Under the pieces are notes generated by a model. It did not search any database. It was given only the letters and a program-made list of their open reading frames with translations, and had not been told where the DNA came from. Positions 25,811-39,300 of a DNA stretch of 64,000 nucleotides are shown here, one piece after another. Position numbers and translations under genes: made by a program. How positions within the stretch are numbered: the first letter of the stretch is position 1; each line of letters begins with the position of its first letter. Origin of the DNA: Chiloscyllium plagiosum (lineage: Eukaryota); contig NC_057711.1 of assembly GCF_004010195.1 (NCBI RefSeq), forward strand, positions 53,285,750 through 53,349,749. The letters are read 5' to 3'.

Positions 25811-25995
25811 GGATATATCCTGCAATTTTTCAAACACCTGATCGATAAGCAGTCATGGAGTGATGATGGCACGGTGTCAGAGCGATTACTGCGGTCCAAT
25901 CTCCTGGAACTCGTCTGTGAACTCGAATATCCTCCTTGTATTCAGAAAGCATCCGACTATTTTAATCAGTGGAGGAAATCCAATGGAACCATGAA
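25811..25995 (+). CDS. ERAP2: ERAP2-like exon 15: GYILQFFKHLIDKQSWSDDGTVSERLLRS...WRKSNGTM
   Basis: tttcag acceptor, AA|gttagt donor, 185 nt. Confidence 0.94.
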
Positions 25996-26858
25996 GTTAG
26001 TAACCATTAAAATAGTTTCCCATTTGTGTCTTGTGATGCTGTTTTGCTTAGCACCTTATCATGCCTTTTTGGGAAGTTTTAATATATTGAAGTGTTATTG
26101 TGTACACAAAAGAGTAATAAGATGAATGACCCAGTCATCTGTTTTGGTTACTACTAGTTAAGGACAGCATTAATAGCTATGGGACCTCTCTACCTAATGT
26201 ATCAAAAAGGTCTCATGACTCTGCTCTTTCTCCACTTGGAAGTTACTGGCATTCCATCATCGACAAGATTTAATTTGAACGACAGTCCCTCCGAGATCTA
26301 TATTGGTGTCCCTGGAGTTTACACCCATCTTTACCTATACATGTAAGAATGTTGTCCAGTTCAGAAAGTATATGATTTCTCCTGAATTAAACATTACAAA
26401 AATGAGTTTTATTTCTTCATGAATTGATTGAAAGATTTCTTTGCACATTGTGGATACATGGGAAAGGATTACATTAGCGATGTGGGGGCTGCAGTGCAGA
26501 GCCCACCCACGATCACGGTGACTTTCCTGGCAGTGATGTTAATTGCTGTAAGGCAAGACCTTTAACCTTTTTCTCAGGAGGAATTCCTGCCTTAGAGAGC
26601 CAGTCACATGGCCAGCCACTGTGTAGTACCAGTAGCGCCAGCCAGCAGATGTCTCTACTGCTAGTACTACAGGCAGTCCCACCAGGCCCATGGAAGGCAA
26701 GAGAGTCTTTCCAGGCCCAGGTAAGGCAAGAATCTCAGCAAGGGCTGGAGTGAGAGGATCTTAGGTTCAGGAGGCTCTGGTAGGCTTAAATGGACCGAAA
26801 TGCTTGCCAACATCCACAATGTATGCCACTGCCCTTTGCCAGACAGGAGCTGTATGCA

Positions 26859-27137
26859 GGAGAGAAAGTGAGGACTGCAGATGCTGGAGAGTCAGAGTCA
26901 AAAAGTGTGGCACTGGAAAAGTAGAGCAGGTCAGGCAGCATTTGAGGAGCAGGAGAATTGATGTTTGGGGCATAAGCCCTTCATCAGGGATTCGGGTGGT
27001 GAGGGGTAGGGGAAGGGTGCTGAGATATAAATAGGAGGATGGGGGGTGGGGCTGGGGGGAAGGCAATAGGTGGATGCAGGTGGGAGGTGTTTGTGATAGG
27101 TTGGTGGGGAGGGCGGACCGGATAGGTGGGAAGGCAG
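26859..27137 (-). mobile_element. Penelope pLTR fragment with decayed hammerhead (26956-26990)
   Basis: Reverse strand ctgatga-agggc-ttat-gccc-caaacatc; same family as 54884-55071. Confidence 0.8.
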
Positions 27138-27338
27138 GTTACCCCTGGCTAACGCACCTAACAGTATGGGCAATTTAGCATAGCCAATTCACTTAACCTG
27201 CACTTCTTTGGATTGTGAGAGGAAACCGGAGCACCCGGAGGAAACCCACGCAGACACAGGGAGAATGTGCTATGTCCACCCAGACAGTCACCTGAGGTCA
27301 GAATCGAACCCGGGTCCCTGACGCTGAGGCAGCAGTGC
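27138..27338 (-). mobile_element. HE1-type SINE, partial, fused to the PLE fragment
   Basis: Matches 60480-60672. Confidence 0.85.
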
Positions 27339-27731
27339 GGGTAAAGATGCAGATCTTCCTATATAGCACATGTCTACAACCCCCCTGTCCTGCCCCGAGT
27401 AGAATAACAGAAGGATGGAATGAAGCCAGTAATTGGTCACTTAGGGGCTGCAGTGAGCTCAAGGATGGGTAGAGTACCAGATGCCTGTAAAATCTTAGAT
27501 AGGTTTACAACAAACAAAAAGACTATCCACTGGATACTACATGTCCCCTGCCTTCATGCCCATCAGTGGAGAAGTAAAATCCAGCCCAGAAAAAATCAAG
27601 AGTCAAAGAATACACTTCTCAAAGGTCTGATGAAAAAATGTTATAATTTCTTGTAATAAAAACAGAATTGATCTTATTGAGGTCAATTTTCCAATCCTGT
27701 AATCATCCAGCATGAGACCAGAAAATGTGAG

Positions 27732-27822
27732 GGAATGGGTGTGGGTGAGTTATTCTTCAGAGAGTCAGTGTGGACTCATTGGGCCGAAGGGCCTGTTTCC
27801 ACACTGTAGGGAATCTAATCTA
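27732..27822 (+). mobile_element. HE1-type SINE 3' tail
   Basis: gggccgaagggcctgtttccacactgtagggaatctaatcta. Confidence 0.8.
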
Positions 27823-27968
27823 AGAACGTATTGATAAAAATGATCAAATGTCACAGAGCCAGTTTTCTAAACATGCCTTTAGCTGTTTCTTGTGAATGAG
27901 TATTCTACAGGGGAATTTGACAAGCAAACACACACTCTTTTATTGAGCACATGCTGTTAATTTTGTAG

Positions 27969-28130
27969 CTTACCAACTGATGTCCTGGAGGTTGTGTACT
28001 CTGTGGGTGCCCAGAGCAGTGATGGATGGGAATACCTTCTGAAGAAATACACCCAGTCAGTGTCTGGTGCTGAAAAGAATAAGATTGTGTCTGCATTGAC
28101 AAGTAGCAGAGATCCAGAAAAACTGGAACG
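27969..28130 (+). CDS. ERAP2: ERAP2-like exon 16: LPTDVLEVVYSVGAQSSDGWEYLL...DPEKLE
   Basis: ttgtag acceptor, CG|gtatgt donor, 162 nt. Confidence 0.94.
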
Positions 28131-29419
28131 GTATGTAACATATTTCTATATCATCAGATCTCTTATGGCATCTTACACAGTGAGTCAGAAGTCATATAGC
28201 GAAAGGGAAAGGCTGGCCTGTGGACATGGTTCAAAGTGTATACATAGGACTTTGAATGAGTCACTGCAGTACTTTGAGAAGATGAAGTAAATGGTACTAC
28301 AAAGTGTTTACAGCAAAGAAACAGGCCATTCGGCCCAACAGGTCATTGTTTATGTTTCAGCTTAATCTCCTTCCACATTTCTTCATCCGTCCCTATAATT
28401 GTATTCTTTTATTTATTGACCCTCCCTATTTTTATCCAACTTTCTCTTAAATACATCTATGCCAGCTACATGGGGTGTTCATTATGATAATGAGTTCCAC
28501 ATTACAATCATTCTGATGAAGATGTTTCTCCCGTCTTCTAACTTGGGTTTATTAATGACTACCTTATGTTTATGATTTCCAGTACTAATCTTCTCTATGT
28601 TTATCTTACAAACCCTATCAATATTTAAAGATCTCCAGAAGAATACAAACTCTTAGCTCTGTTATCACTTATCTTTTGATTTGCTTGATTTTGTCCTTGG
28701 AGAGTAATGAATAAGAGAGGAGGAAGGAAGTATTCCTCTTGGATTGGATGGGAATTCACTCCACTTGGCCTGTGGGATCCTATGATGATCTGCCTTTGGG
28801 AGATGAAGCCTTGGGCTCTGAGAGTCTCCTGGACTGCTGTGGGGAGGTTGGCCTTTTGAAGCTGTGATCTCTGTGTTCAGCAAGGGGACTGCTCCGTCAA
28901 TAGAAAATGCCGGTGAATGTGACAATTCCATGTAAATTGGGCCATAATAGCTTAAACTTATTGCCTAACTCCAACTATGTGCTGGAATTTAAGAGTATAA
29001 ACCTCAATTTTTATGTTTTTAAAAAATAAATCAGTATGTATAATTGAAGAGAATTCAAATATCTCATTTTTAAGGGTTGTACAGTTGGTTCTGCTTTAAT
29101 GCGTGTTTCTTCAACGTGAATTGAAAGATCTAGATTGTTATCTGTAGAACGTGAACTTTCCTTACTTGTATTGGCTATAATGTGATAAACTCACATCCCA
29201 TTAGTTTGAATGGCATGGCTATTGCACGGTTTTCTTATACCGTGAGATTTCATGAGACCAGGATTATCGTATTTTATCAGAACTGACTGTAATTAGATCT
29301 GGTTTTTGCTGTCCTTTTTTATTAGGTTGATTGATATTAGGTTCCCCAAGAATAGATTGCAAGTAGTTGCAAGTGCTGGGGATTTGAGCAGATTGTGGAT
29401 GTTTTATAAGTAAGTCTAA

Positions 29420-29790
29420 GTCTATAAATAGTTAAAGGTGCAGAGACAGCATTCAGTGGAGTGGTATACTCTTCCTGTCATATTTGGGAGATCAGGGAGC
29501 AGATGACTGTCTGTGGGAAGTGTATTTGGATGCAGCTCTTATCAGACTGCATGCATTGATTGGAAAGGTAGTTGGATGCACTGAGGAATTTAAAGGAGCA
29601 AGGCAGTGTGATGGATAGTAGAATCAGGGAGTTGGTCATAGAGCAGATACAGTCAGCAGTATAGGTGACTGTCAGGAGAGGTAGGCAGGTAGTGCAAAGT
29701 CTCCTTTGCCTCTTTCCCTCACAAATAAGTATGCAATTTTGGATCCTGCTGGGGAATGGCCCCTCAAAGAAAAGTAGCAGTGATATCCAG
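29420..29790 (+). mobile_element. CR1 ORF1 remnant
   Basis: VCGKCIWMQLL and PLTNKYAILD-like translations, homologous to 4787-5188. Confidence 0.6.
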
Positions 29791-29841
29791 GCTTTGGGAC
29801 CATGACTGACATGAACCCAAGGGCCTCCTGGCTCAGAGGTA

Positions 29842-32800
29842 GAACATAGAACATAGAACATAGAAGAATACAGCGCAGTACAGGCCCTTGGGCCCTCGAT
29901 GTTGCGCCGATCCAAGCCCACCTAAACTACACTAACCCACTATCCTCCATATACCTATCCAATGCCCTCTTAAATGCCCATAAAGAGGGAGAGTCCACCA
30001 CTGTTACTGGCAGGGCATTCCATGAACTAACGACTCGCTGAGTGAAGAACCTACCCCTAACATCAGTCCTATATCTACCCCCCCTTAATTTAAAGCTATG
30101 ACCCCGTGTAATACCCGACTCAATACGCGGGAAAAGGTTCATACTGTCGACCCTATCTAACCCCCTAATCATCTTGTACACCTCAATCAAGTCACCCCTA
30201 AACCTTCTTTTCTCTAGTGAAAACAGCCCCAAGTGCCTCAGTCTTTCCTCATACAATTTTCCTTCCATACCAGGCAACATCCTGGTAAACCTCCTCTGCA
30301 CCCGTCCCAATGCCTCCACATCCTTCCTATAGTATGGCGACCAAAACTGCACACAATATTCCAGATGCGGCCGTACCAGAGTCTTATACAACTGCATCAT
30401 GACCTCAGGACTCCGGAACTCAATTCCTCTACCAATAAAAGCCAATANNNNNNNNNNNNNNNNNNNNNNNNNNNNNNNNNNNNNNNNNNNNNNNNNNNNN
30501 NNNNNNNNNNNNNNNNNNNNNNNNNNNNNNNNNNNNNNNNNNNNNNNNNNNNNNNNNNNNNNNNNNNNNNNNNNNNNNNNNNNNNNNNNNNNNNNNNNNN
30601 NNNNNNNNNNNNNNNNNNNNNNNNNNNNNNNNNNNNNNNNNNNNNNNNNNNNNNNNNNNNNNNNNNNNNNNNNNNNNNNNNNNNNNNNNNNNNNNNNNNN
30701 NNNNNNNNNNNNNNNNNNNNNNNNNNNNNNNNNNNNNNNNNNNNNNNNNNNNNNNNNNNNNNNNNNNNNNNNNNNNNNNNNNNNNNNNNNNNNNNNNNNN
30801 NNNNNNNNNNNNNNNNNNNNNNNNNNNNNNNNNNNNNNNNNNNNNNNNNNNNNNNNNNNNNNNNNNNNNNNNNNNNNNNNNNNNNNNNNNNNNNNNNNNN
30901 NNNNNNNNNNNNNNNNNNNNNNNNNNNNNNNNNNNNNNNNNNNNNNNNNNNNNNNNNNNNNNNNNNNNNNNNNNNNNNNNNNNNNNNNNNNNNNNNNNNN
31001 NNNNNNNNNNNNNNNNNNNNNNNNNNNNNNNNNNNNNNNNNNNNNNNNNNNNNNNNNNNNNNNNNNNNNNNNNNNNNNNNNNNNNNNNNNNNNNNNNNNN
31101 NNNNNNNNNNNNNNNNNNNNNNNNNNNNNNNNNNNNNNNNNNNNNNNNNNNNNNNNNNNNNNNNNNNNNNNNNNNNNNNNNNNNNNNNNNNNNNNNNNNN
31201 NNNNNNNNNNNNNNNNNNNNNNNNNNNNNNNNNNNNNNNNNNNNNNNNNNNNNNNNNNNNNNNNNNNNNNNNNNNNNNNNNNNNNNNNNNNNNNNNNNNN
31301 NNNNNNNNNNNNNNNNNNNNNNNNNNNNNNNNNNNNNNNNAGTTGCTAGGGTTATCCCTACTCCCCTTTTTGAACAAGGGAGCCACATTTGCTATCCTCC
31401 AGTCTTCTGGGACTACTCCTGTAGACAAAGAGGACATAAAAATCAAGGCCAATGGCTCTGCAATCTTCTCCCTTGCTTCCCAGAGAATCCTAGGATAAAT
31501 GCCATCAGGCCCAGGGGACTTATCTATTTTCACCTTTTCCAGGATTTCCAACACCTCTTCTCTACATACCTCAAAGCCATCCATTCTACTTATTTGTTCC
31601 TCAGTATTCTCATCGACAACAATGCCCTGTTCCTGAGTGAATACTGAAGAAAAGTATTCATTCAGTGTCTCCCCAATCTCTTCCGCCTCCACACGCAACT
31701 TCCCCCTACTATCCTTGACTGGACCTATTCCTACCCTAGTCATTCTTTTATTCCTAACATACCTATAGAAAGCCTTAGGGTTTTCCCTAATCCTATCTAC
31801 TAAGGACCTTTCATGTCCCCTCCTTTCTGCTTTTAGCTCTCTCTTCAGGTCCTTCCTGGCTTCCTTATAACTCTCAATCGCCCCAATTGTACCTTCACGT
31901 CTCATCTTGAGATAGGCCGCCCTCTTCCATTTAACAAGGGATTCCAATTCCTTATTAAACCACGGCTCCCTCACACGACCCTTTCCTCCCTGCCTGACAG
32001 GTACATAGTTATCAAGGACACTCAATAGTTGCTCCTTGGACAAGCTCCACATATCAATTACACCCTTGCCTTGAAGCTTACTTTTCCAGGCCACACATCC
32101 TCAGTCATGCCTCCCAGCATCATAATTTCCCTGCCCCCATCTATAACTCTTGCCCTGTAGTGCACACTTATCCCTCTCCATCACTAGAGTAAAGGTCACC
32201 GAATTGTGGTCACTGTCCCCAAAGTGCTCCCCTACCTCTAATTCTAACACCTGGCCTGGTTCGTTACCCAGAACCAAATCCAGTATGGCCTCACCTCTTG
32301 TTGGCCTGTCTACATATTGTGTCAGGAAACTCTCCTGCACACATTGAACAAACACTGACCCATCTAACGAACTTGAGCTATAGCTTTCCCAATCAATATC
32401 AGGAAAGTTAAAGTCCCCCATAACAACCACCCTATTACTTTCACTCTTCTCTTGAATCATCCTCGCAATCCTTTCTTCTACGTTTCTAGGACTGTTAGGA
32501 GGCCTGTAAAAAACTCCTAACAGGGTGAGCTCACCTTTCCTATTCCTAACCTCAGCCCAGACTACCTCAGATGGCAAGTCCTCATCCATCGTCCTTTCCA
32601 CCTCTGTAATACTATCTTTGACAAGCAATGCCACACCTCCCCCTCTTTTACCCCCCCCCCCCTCCCCACTCAAACATTTAAATCCTGGAACCTGCACCAG
32701 CCAATCCTGTCCCTGTTCTAGCCATGTCTCCGTAATAGCCACAACATCGAAGTCCCAGGTACCAACCCACGCTGCAAGTTCACCCACCTTATTTCGTATA

Positions 32801-32874
32801 CTTCTTGCATTGAAGTATACACACTTCAAGCCACTTCCCTGTTTACAGGCACCCTCCTTGGAAATTGATGCCAA
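29842..32874 (-). mobile_element. Young CR1 with nearly complete ORF2 (APE endonuclease + RT)
   Basis: Long ORFs 32874-32101 and 32094-31341 in the same frame, separated by one TGA; C-terminal ORF 30445-29927; (ttctatg)n tail. Confidence 0.96.
30448..31340. other. Assembly gap (N) inside the CR1 RT domain
   Basis: Run of n. Confidence 1.
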
Positions 32875-32899
32875 GGGGCACTACCACTGCACCACAAGC

Positions 32900-33848
32900 A
32901 TATATAATTCCTCAGTGGATTTCTAGGCCTAGCAATCTTCACCTGTTTCATCAATGACCTTCCTTTCATCAAAATGTCTGAAGTGGGAATATTCACTGAT
33001 GTTTGCACAATGTTCAATGCTATGCAGACACAGCAGTTCATATCTAAATGCTGCAAGACTTTGGACAATATCTAGGGTTGAGCTGACAAGTGGCAAGTAT
33101 CTTTCATGCCACACAAGTGCCAACTCTTCATCAGGTGGTTGTGGAACAGGACCATGTCCAGCAGGAGAAAATCTGGCCATCAGCAGTTGCCATTCAATGG
33201 CACCACCAATATCAACATCCTGGGAGCTAAATTGGATTATCTATATAAATGCTGTAGCTAGCAGGAGCAGGTCGGAGCTTAAAATCCTACAGCAAGTAAC
33301 ACACTCCCTAGACCCTGTCAATCATTTAATCAACAAGCTATGAGTTAGAAGTATGATGGAATATTCCCCACTTGCCTCGATGTATGCAGTTCCAACAACA
33401 CTCAAGAAGCTTTGAAACCATCCGAGACAAAGCAGCTGGCTTCAATGGCACCACAGCCACAAACATTCACTCCGTCCACTACCAACATTCAGTAGCAACA
33501 ATGTGTACCATTTACAAGATGGAATGCATAATTTCACCAAGATTCCTTTGACACAATTTTCCAAACCCACAACTGTAACTGTCTAGAAGTACAAGGGCAG
33601 CAGATACATAGGAATACCACACTTGCTCTCAAAGACACTCACCATCCTGACTTGGACCATTCCTTCACTGTCTCTGGGCCAAAACTCTGGAATTCCCTCC
33701 CTAATAGCATTGTAGGTCAATTTACAGCTGTTGGACTACTGTAGTTCAAGAAGAAAGCTCACTACCACCTTCTCAAGGCCAGTTAGGAATCAGCAATAAA
33801 TGCTGGCTCAGCCAGAAATGCCCACATCCCATGAAGGAGTGAAAGAAA
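32900..33848 (+). mobile_element. L2/CR1-like LINE RT-3' fragment
   Basis: LGLAIFTCFINDLPFI-like translation; tail gcaataaatgctggc...cccacatcccatga. Confidence 0.8.
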
Positions 33849-34286
33849 TGAATGCACTGTCCGAGAGTGGTTTAGATAGACTATTCTATTTTTTAAAGTC
33901 GACTTGGGTAATTCTCTGTTTTTTTTTAAAAAACTCAGCATTATGAGTAAATAGCTGGGCAGTATAACTAGAGTAATAGCTGGCAGTGAACTGCTAAACT
34001 GAATAAATTACTGAGAACTGGTGTGGAATTAGTGAGCTGAATGGCCTCCTATGTGATGTAACCTATATGCTTTTCGTCAGATTACCAGAAGTAGGATAGT
34101 TGTTAGTTCATTGTATATGTGCATATTCTAGTAAAGACATAGTGTAAAAAAGGTACAGCTTGAAATTCATCATGTGCATAATAGATATAAAAATTGCAAC
34201 ATTGAAATGGAAGATGGTTCTCTGAATAAAAGATTGTAACATTTTGTATAATAGATCCATTATGTGTTTCTTCCTGTCATCAACAG

Positions 34287-34427
34287 CCTGTTGGAACTTG
34301 GCATGCAAGGAGATATCATCAAGTTGCAGAATCTTGCCCATATTGTTTTAGGAGTGAGCAGGAACCCATCTGGACAATTCCTTGCCTGGAATTTTGTGAA
34401 GAAGAACTGGAACAAGTTAATAGAGAA
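34287..34427 (+). CDS. ERAP2: ERAP2-like exon 17: LLELGMQGDIIKLQNL...LAWNFVKKNWNKLIE
   Basis: caacag acceptor, AA|gttagt donor, 141 nt. Confidence 0.94.
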
Positions 34428-34544
34428 GTTAGTATCTTTGCAGTTTTTATTCCTAGTATTCCCACTCAGACCTGTGATTTTTCACATTGGACCCACAGCT
34501 CTCTTGGAGCTCACTGAGATCTTTCACAATGTCAACAATTGATG

Positions 34545-34695
34545 TGGAGGTGCCAGTGGGGACAAAGTTAAATATCACACAACATCAGGGTATAGTCCAA
34601 CAGGTTTATTTGGAAGCACTAGCTTTTGAGGTGCTGCCTCTTCATCAGGTGATTGTGGAACAGGACCATAAGACACAGAATTTATAGCAAAAGGT
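34545..34695 (-). mobile_element. PLE terminal fragment (family of 62404-62601) with hammerhead core lacking G12 (34617-34651)
   Basis: Reverse strand CAC CTGATGA AGAGGC AGC ACCTC AAA AGCT A GTG. Confidence 0.8.
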
Positions 34696-35914
34696 CTTGA
34701 CAGGCATCTGTTGGGTTTAACTGTTAGTTGCATTGTGGTCAAGAGTAAGTCAGGTGAGTGAAAGCTGAAGGTGTGCCATACCGTGTCAACAGCACAGATA
34801 AAGGCCTTTTGTCCCATTGAGCCCATGCAGGTCAAAAACAACCACCTGACTATTCTGATCCCATTCTTTAGTACTTTGACCTTTGCCTTCTCTGCCTTGA
34901 CATCATAAGTGCATATGTAAATATTTTTTAAATGTTATAAGGATTACTGCCGCTACCACCTTTACAGGCAGTGAGTTCCAGACAGTGTGTCCCTGTGCTT
35001 TATGTGTCCTTGTGTACTCCATGTTTCTGTGCTGTGGGCTCTGACTCTCTCCCTTTCTCTTGATGCCACTCTCTATGATAAAATTGGCAGTGAGAAGTAG
35101 ATACACCCATCCATTAATATCTATAAATAAACATCTGTTCTGTTAAAAGCATTAACAAAACATTTCTCAGGCAACACTCTATTTCAGAGTAGTACATAAC
35201 ATTATAATTTTGAAGGGGAAGCTCAGTGATTACTAACCAATTTGATAAAAAGTCCTTCAGCCAAAACAGTTTGAGATGATGAAAGCTGATGGGTACCTCA
35301 AATCTATTTAACCACCTTTGTATCACATCACTTGACACCCTTAACTGACAAAACATATGAATCTCTCTCTTAAAATTGGTTCACATACTATCAATTGTTC
35401 TTAGTTTTTGAGTGCCAGTAAACATGATGAATTATGGGTAATACTGATACTGCAATGAAGAAAACGTAATTTGCATAAATGCATTGTGCTAATTCTGTTC
35501 GGAATTGTAATTTGAAGCTAACATAAACAATCTTGAACAGTGTCAGTGTAGAAAGAAATAGTGTAACTATTGATTGTTTACATTTGACTTTTTAGTACAG
35601 TTTGAATGTTTTAGTTTGTACTCCCCAATTTTCCCTGTATAAAACCTTTTGGTTTCCACTCAACATTCGCCTATCATATGCAACATCAGTAATATTGCTC
35701 ACATCAATAAATAATTAATAAGAGATTCCAGGTATGCACCTACACTTGTTCCAATGGCTTGTTTGTATCTTAAAAGTGTAAGAGAATAATAAGATTGCAT
35801 CAAGTAAATTAAATCATAGACTATTTTTGTATTCTCATTTCTAATATCTACTAAACCCATAGCATATTCCTTATCCATATCTTTTCTGTTTAATTTGTTT
35901 GAGCTTTTGATAAA

Positions 35915-36880
35915 TTTATAAGAGCATAAGAAGTAGGAACCAAGAATATGCAATTCAACTCCATGAGTGTGCTCCACCAGTTAGTATGTCATGGCTGATT
36001 TCACCTCACCTTCAATTCCGCTTTCCTACCTGTTCTCCATAATCCTTCAATCCATTAATGATTAAAGATTTATCTATCACCTCCTTAACATCATTCAGTG
36101 TCTCAGCATCCGCTGTGTTCTGAAATAGTGAATTCCTCAGATCCATTACCCTGTGAGAGAAGTAATTTTGTTCTCATCTCTATTTTAAATCTGCTAACCC
36201 TTATCGTAAAACTCTGACCTCTCACTCGAGATGGCCCCATATGAGGAAACATTCTCTTTGTCTACTTTGTCAATCCTCTTTAGTATCTTATACATCTCAA
36301 TTATATCTCTTATCATTCATCTAAACACCATAGAATATAGACCTAAACTGCTCAATCTGTCTTCACAAGTCAAACCCTCTATCTCAAATCAATCTGGTGA
36401 ATCTCCTCTGCACTGCCTCCAATCCAACCACATCCCTCTTTAACTAGACAAAAGCTGTACACAGTACTCCAGGTACAGTCTGACAAATGCTTTGAACAGG
36501 TGCAGCAACACTTCCTGACTCTTATGCCCTGTTCCTTTATTAATAAATGCCAATATTCCATTTTCCCTCCTTATTACCTGCTGTAGTGCCAAATTGTTTT
36601 TTGTGATTCATACACAAGGGCATCTAGATCTGTCTGCACTGAAGCATTCTGAAGTTTCTCTCCATTTGAATAATAAGTTGCCTCTCTATTCCTTTCACCA
36701 AAATGGATAAGCTCACACTTGTTTACTGTAAACTTCATCTGCCAAATTTAGGCCCAATCACCTAAACTCTCCAAATCTACCTGAAAATTTCTTCTTTCTT
36801 CAATATAACTTACTTTCCCACCTATTTTGACAATGTGGCTATAATACATTTTTCCCCTGCATCCAAGCCATTAAGATAGA
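35915..36880 (-). mobile_element. Old CR1 3' fragment
   Basis: CR1 3' UTR and degenerate RT C-terminus. Confidence 0.75.
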
Positions 36881-37198
36881 TTTGCGGTATTATATTTTCC
36901 TCTCTTTAATCACGTGCTCTTAATTCCAGCAAATTAGTGTTATCATTTTTTCCTTATAATACTTACTCAACTCATTGTGTTTTGATCAACTTCAATTATA
37001 AATATTTAGAAACAACTTCAACTCTATCTCTACAATCACATTCCTATATTTTAGTAGTGGAGTAATTAGATAGCTGAAAGATTTTGATAGATTTCTCGCA
37101 ACATTGCAATATAGCCATAGTAGATTAAAAAAGGGAATATTTTTCTTTTAAAAACATTTATACCGAAACCAATATTATGTATATTTATATCATCTCAG

Positions 37199-37280
37199 AT
37201 TTCAGCTTGGTTCATTTATTGTCCGATGGCTTATATTAGGAACAACATCTCGCTTTTCATCAAAAGAAGAATTGAAAGAG
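37199..37280 (+). CDS. ERAP2: ERAP2-like exon 18: FQLGSFIVRWLILGTTSRFSSKEELKE
   Basis: tctcag acceptor, GAG|gtcagt donor, 82 nt. Confidence 0.92.
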
Positions 37281-37652
37281 GTCAGTAAAATCTCTGATAA
37301 CATAATATGTATATACAGAGTCAAAAGAATTGTGGACTATTTGTGTTGTTTCATGCTGCCCTTTCATCTCTTTAACTTGCTGTCAAATGAAGCCCAGAGT
37401 GATGTCATGAAAGGCTGTGCTCTGCACTTTCCACATGTTAGCTTTGGTAGTACAACCTACTAGCTGTAAGTTGCTACTAATTGTATGTCGTATTCAAAAG
37501 TGGTGTACTCAGGGGTTCAGTTTCTGAGAACCCCTCACAAATGATTACATTTGTGAGTGCCGAGCTTGTTAGAAATAGGTTAAAATACAGAAAACCTTTA
37601 TTAACTGGCACTGATGAAACCAGGAGTGTGTCAATTTATCAAACATTTGGGT

Positions 37653-38190
37653 TAGAGTCATAGAGCTATACAGCACGGACACAGACCTTTCCGTCCAATT
37701 TGTCCATGCCGAACAGATATCCTAACTTAATCTAGTCCCATTTACCAGTGTTTGGCCCGTATCCCTTTGAACACTTCCTATTCACATATCCATCCAGAAG
37801 CCATTTAAAGATTGTAATTGTACCAGCCTCCAATACCTCCTCTGGCAGCTCATTCCATACACACACCACCCTCTGTGTGAAAAAGTTAGCACTTAGGTCC
37901 CTTTTAAATCTTTCTCCTCTCACCTTAAACCTGTGTTCGCTAGTTTTGAACTCCGCCACCCTGGGGAAAAGACATTGGCTATTTACCCTGTCTATACCCC
38001 TCATGATTTTATAAACTTCTTTAAAGTCATTCCTCAGCCTCCGATGCTCTAGGGAAAATAGCCCCAGCCTATTCAGCCTCTCCCTTTTGCTCAAATCCTC
38101 CAATCTTGGCAATAACCTTGTAAATCTTTTCTGAGCACTTTCAAGTTTCACAATATCCTTCCTATAGCAGGGAGACCAGAATTGAATGTA
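37653..38190 (-). mobile_element. CR1 3' fragment
   Basis: QFWSPCYRKDIVKLE...NFFTQRVVCVWNELP peptide. Confidence 0.92.
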
Positions 38191-39264
38191 GCATTGATCA
38201 AGAGGTCCACACAATCAGTGTTAAAACACGCACTAAGTAATGGAAATGTAATGCAGGAGGTATAAGCATCACTGTTAAATTTTATAAAATCACTTAAATA
38301 ATAGTGCAACTTTTCTTAAATAAAACTTACTGCAGGGAGCATTCTCACTCATGTCCTTAACTAACTACTCGGGCATCACGGATATCACAATAATACAGTA
38401 AATTTATAGTGTTTCAGTATTATAGTATGTATTAGGTTATCAAGAATCACAGTTCATAAGGTACCAGTTAAAACAAAGTTTGCTGTGCATTAAAATATTA
38501 GAGATATGCAATTTTTGCCCACAAATGTTGATTTTTGTTGTTACTGATTTCTTGGTTCAGACAGCAATTTCGTGGATACAGAAGGTTTACTGTAAAATAT
38601 CCAGATCATTGTTGAAGTAAGGGCTTTACTGTGAGTTTTGGGAAATATTGTATGGTGGAGGAAGGATGATGGAGCTCTATACACATATTTTCTGTTAAAT
38701 GTGACCAGTGTGACTAAATTGGCAAAAAGAGTAGAATACTGTTATTTTAAACTTTATCCAACCTAAACATTCAATTAAAAGATTTGCAATTGCATTTACT
38801 GTAGATACAATAATGACATCATACTCGAGCATTTAAGTATTGGTTAAATGTTAAAGGTGGGACGAGGGAGTACAAGTGCATCAATCTTTAAAGGTGATGG
38901 GACATATTGAGACAGTGATGTGTCAAGTATTTGGGATCATTGGCATAGCAAATAAAGGCAGTGAATACAAAGGCAAGTACGTTATGCTGAACCAATATAA
39001 AGATCTGATAAAGGTTTATAAGCTCATGACTCACTTAGACAAGATAGGCAAGGAACAACTCTTTCAGTCAGCAGTTTGTGAGAGACTAGGAGACACAGAT
39101 CTGACATGCATATGGTGGTGTGAAGGAGATGTGGTGCTTGGTAATTACCTGGAAGTCACTGCCCACAAGGATAGCGTGTGTGGAAGCAATTGATATTTTC
39201 ATCTTGGTTGAAACTTTATTGCTGGAACAGCACAGCAGGTCAGGCAGCATCCAGGGAACAGGAG

Positions 39265-39300
39265 ATTCGACGTTTCGGGCACAGGCCCTTCTTCAGGAAT
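39265..39300 (-). ncRNA. Minimal type I hammerhead ribozyme, intact core
   Basis: ATTC CTGAAGA A GGGC CTGT GCCC GAA ACGT C GAAT. Confidence 0.8.
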
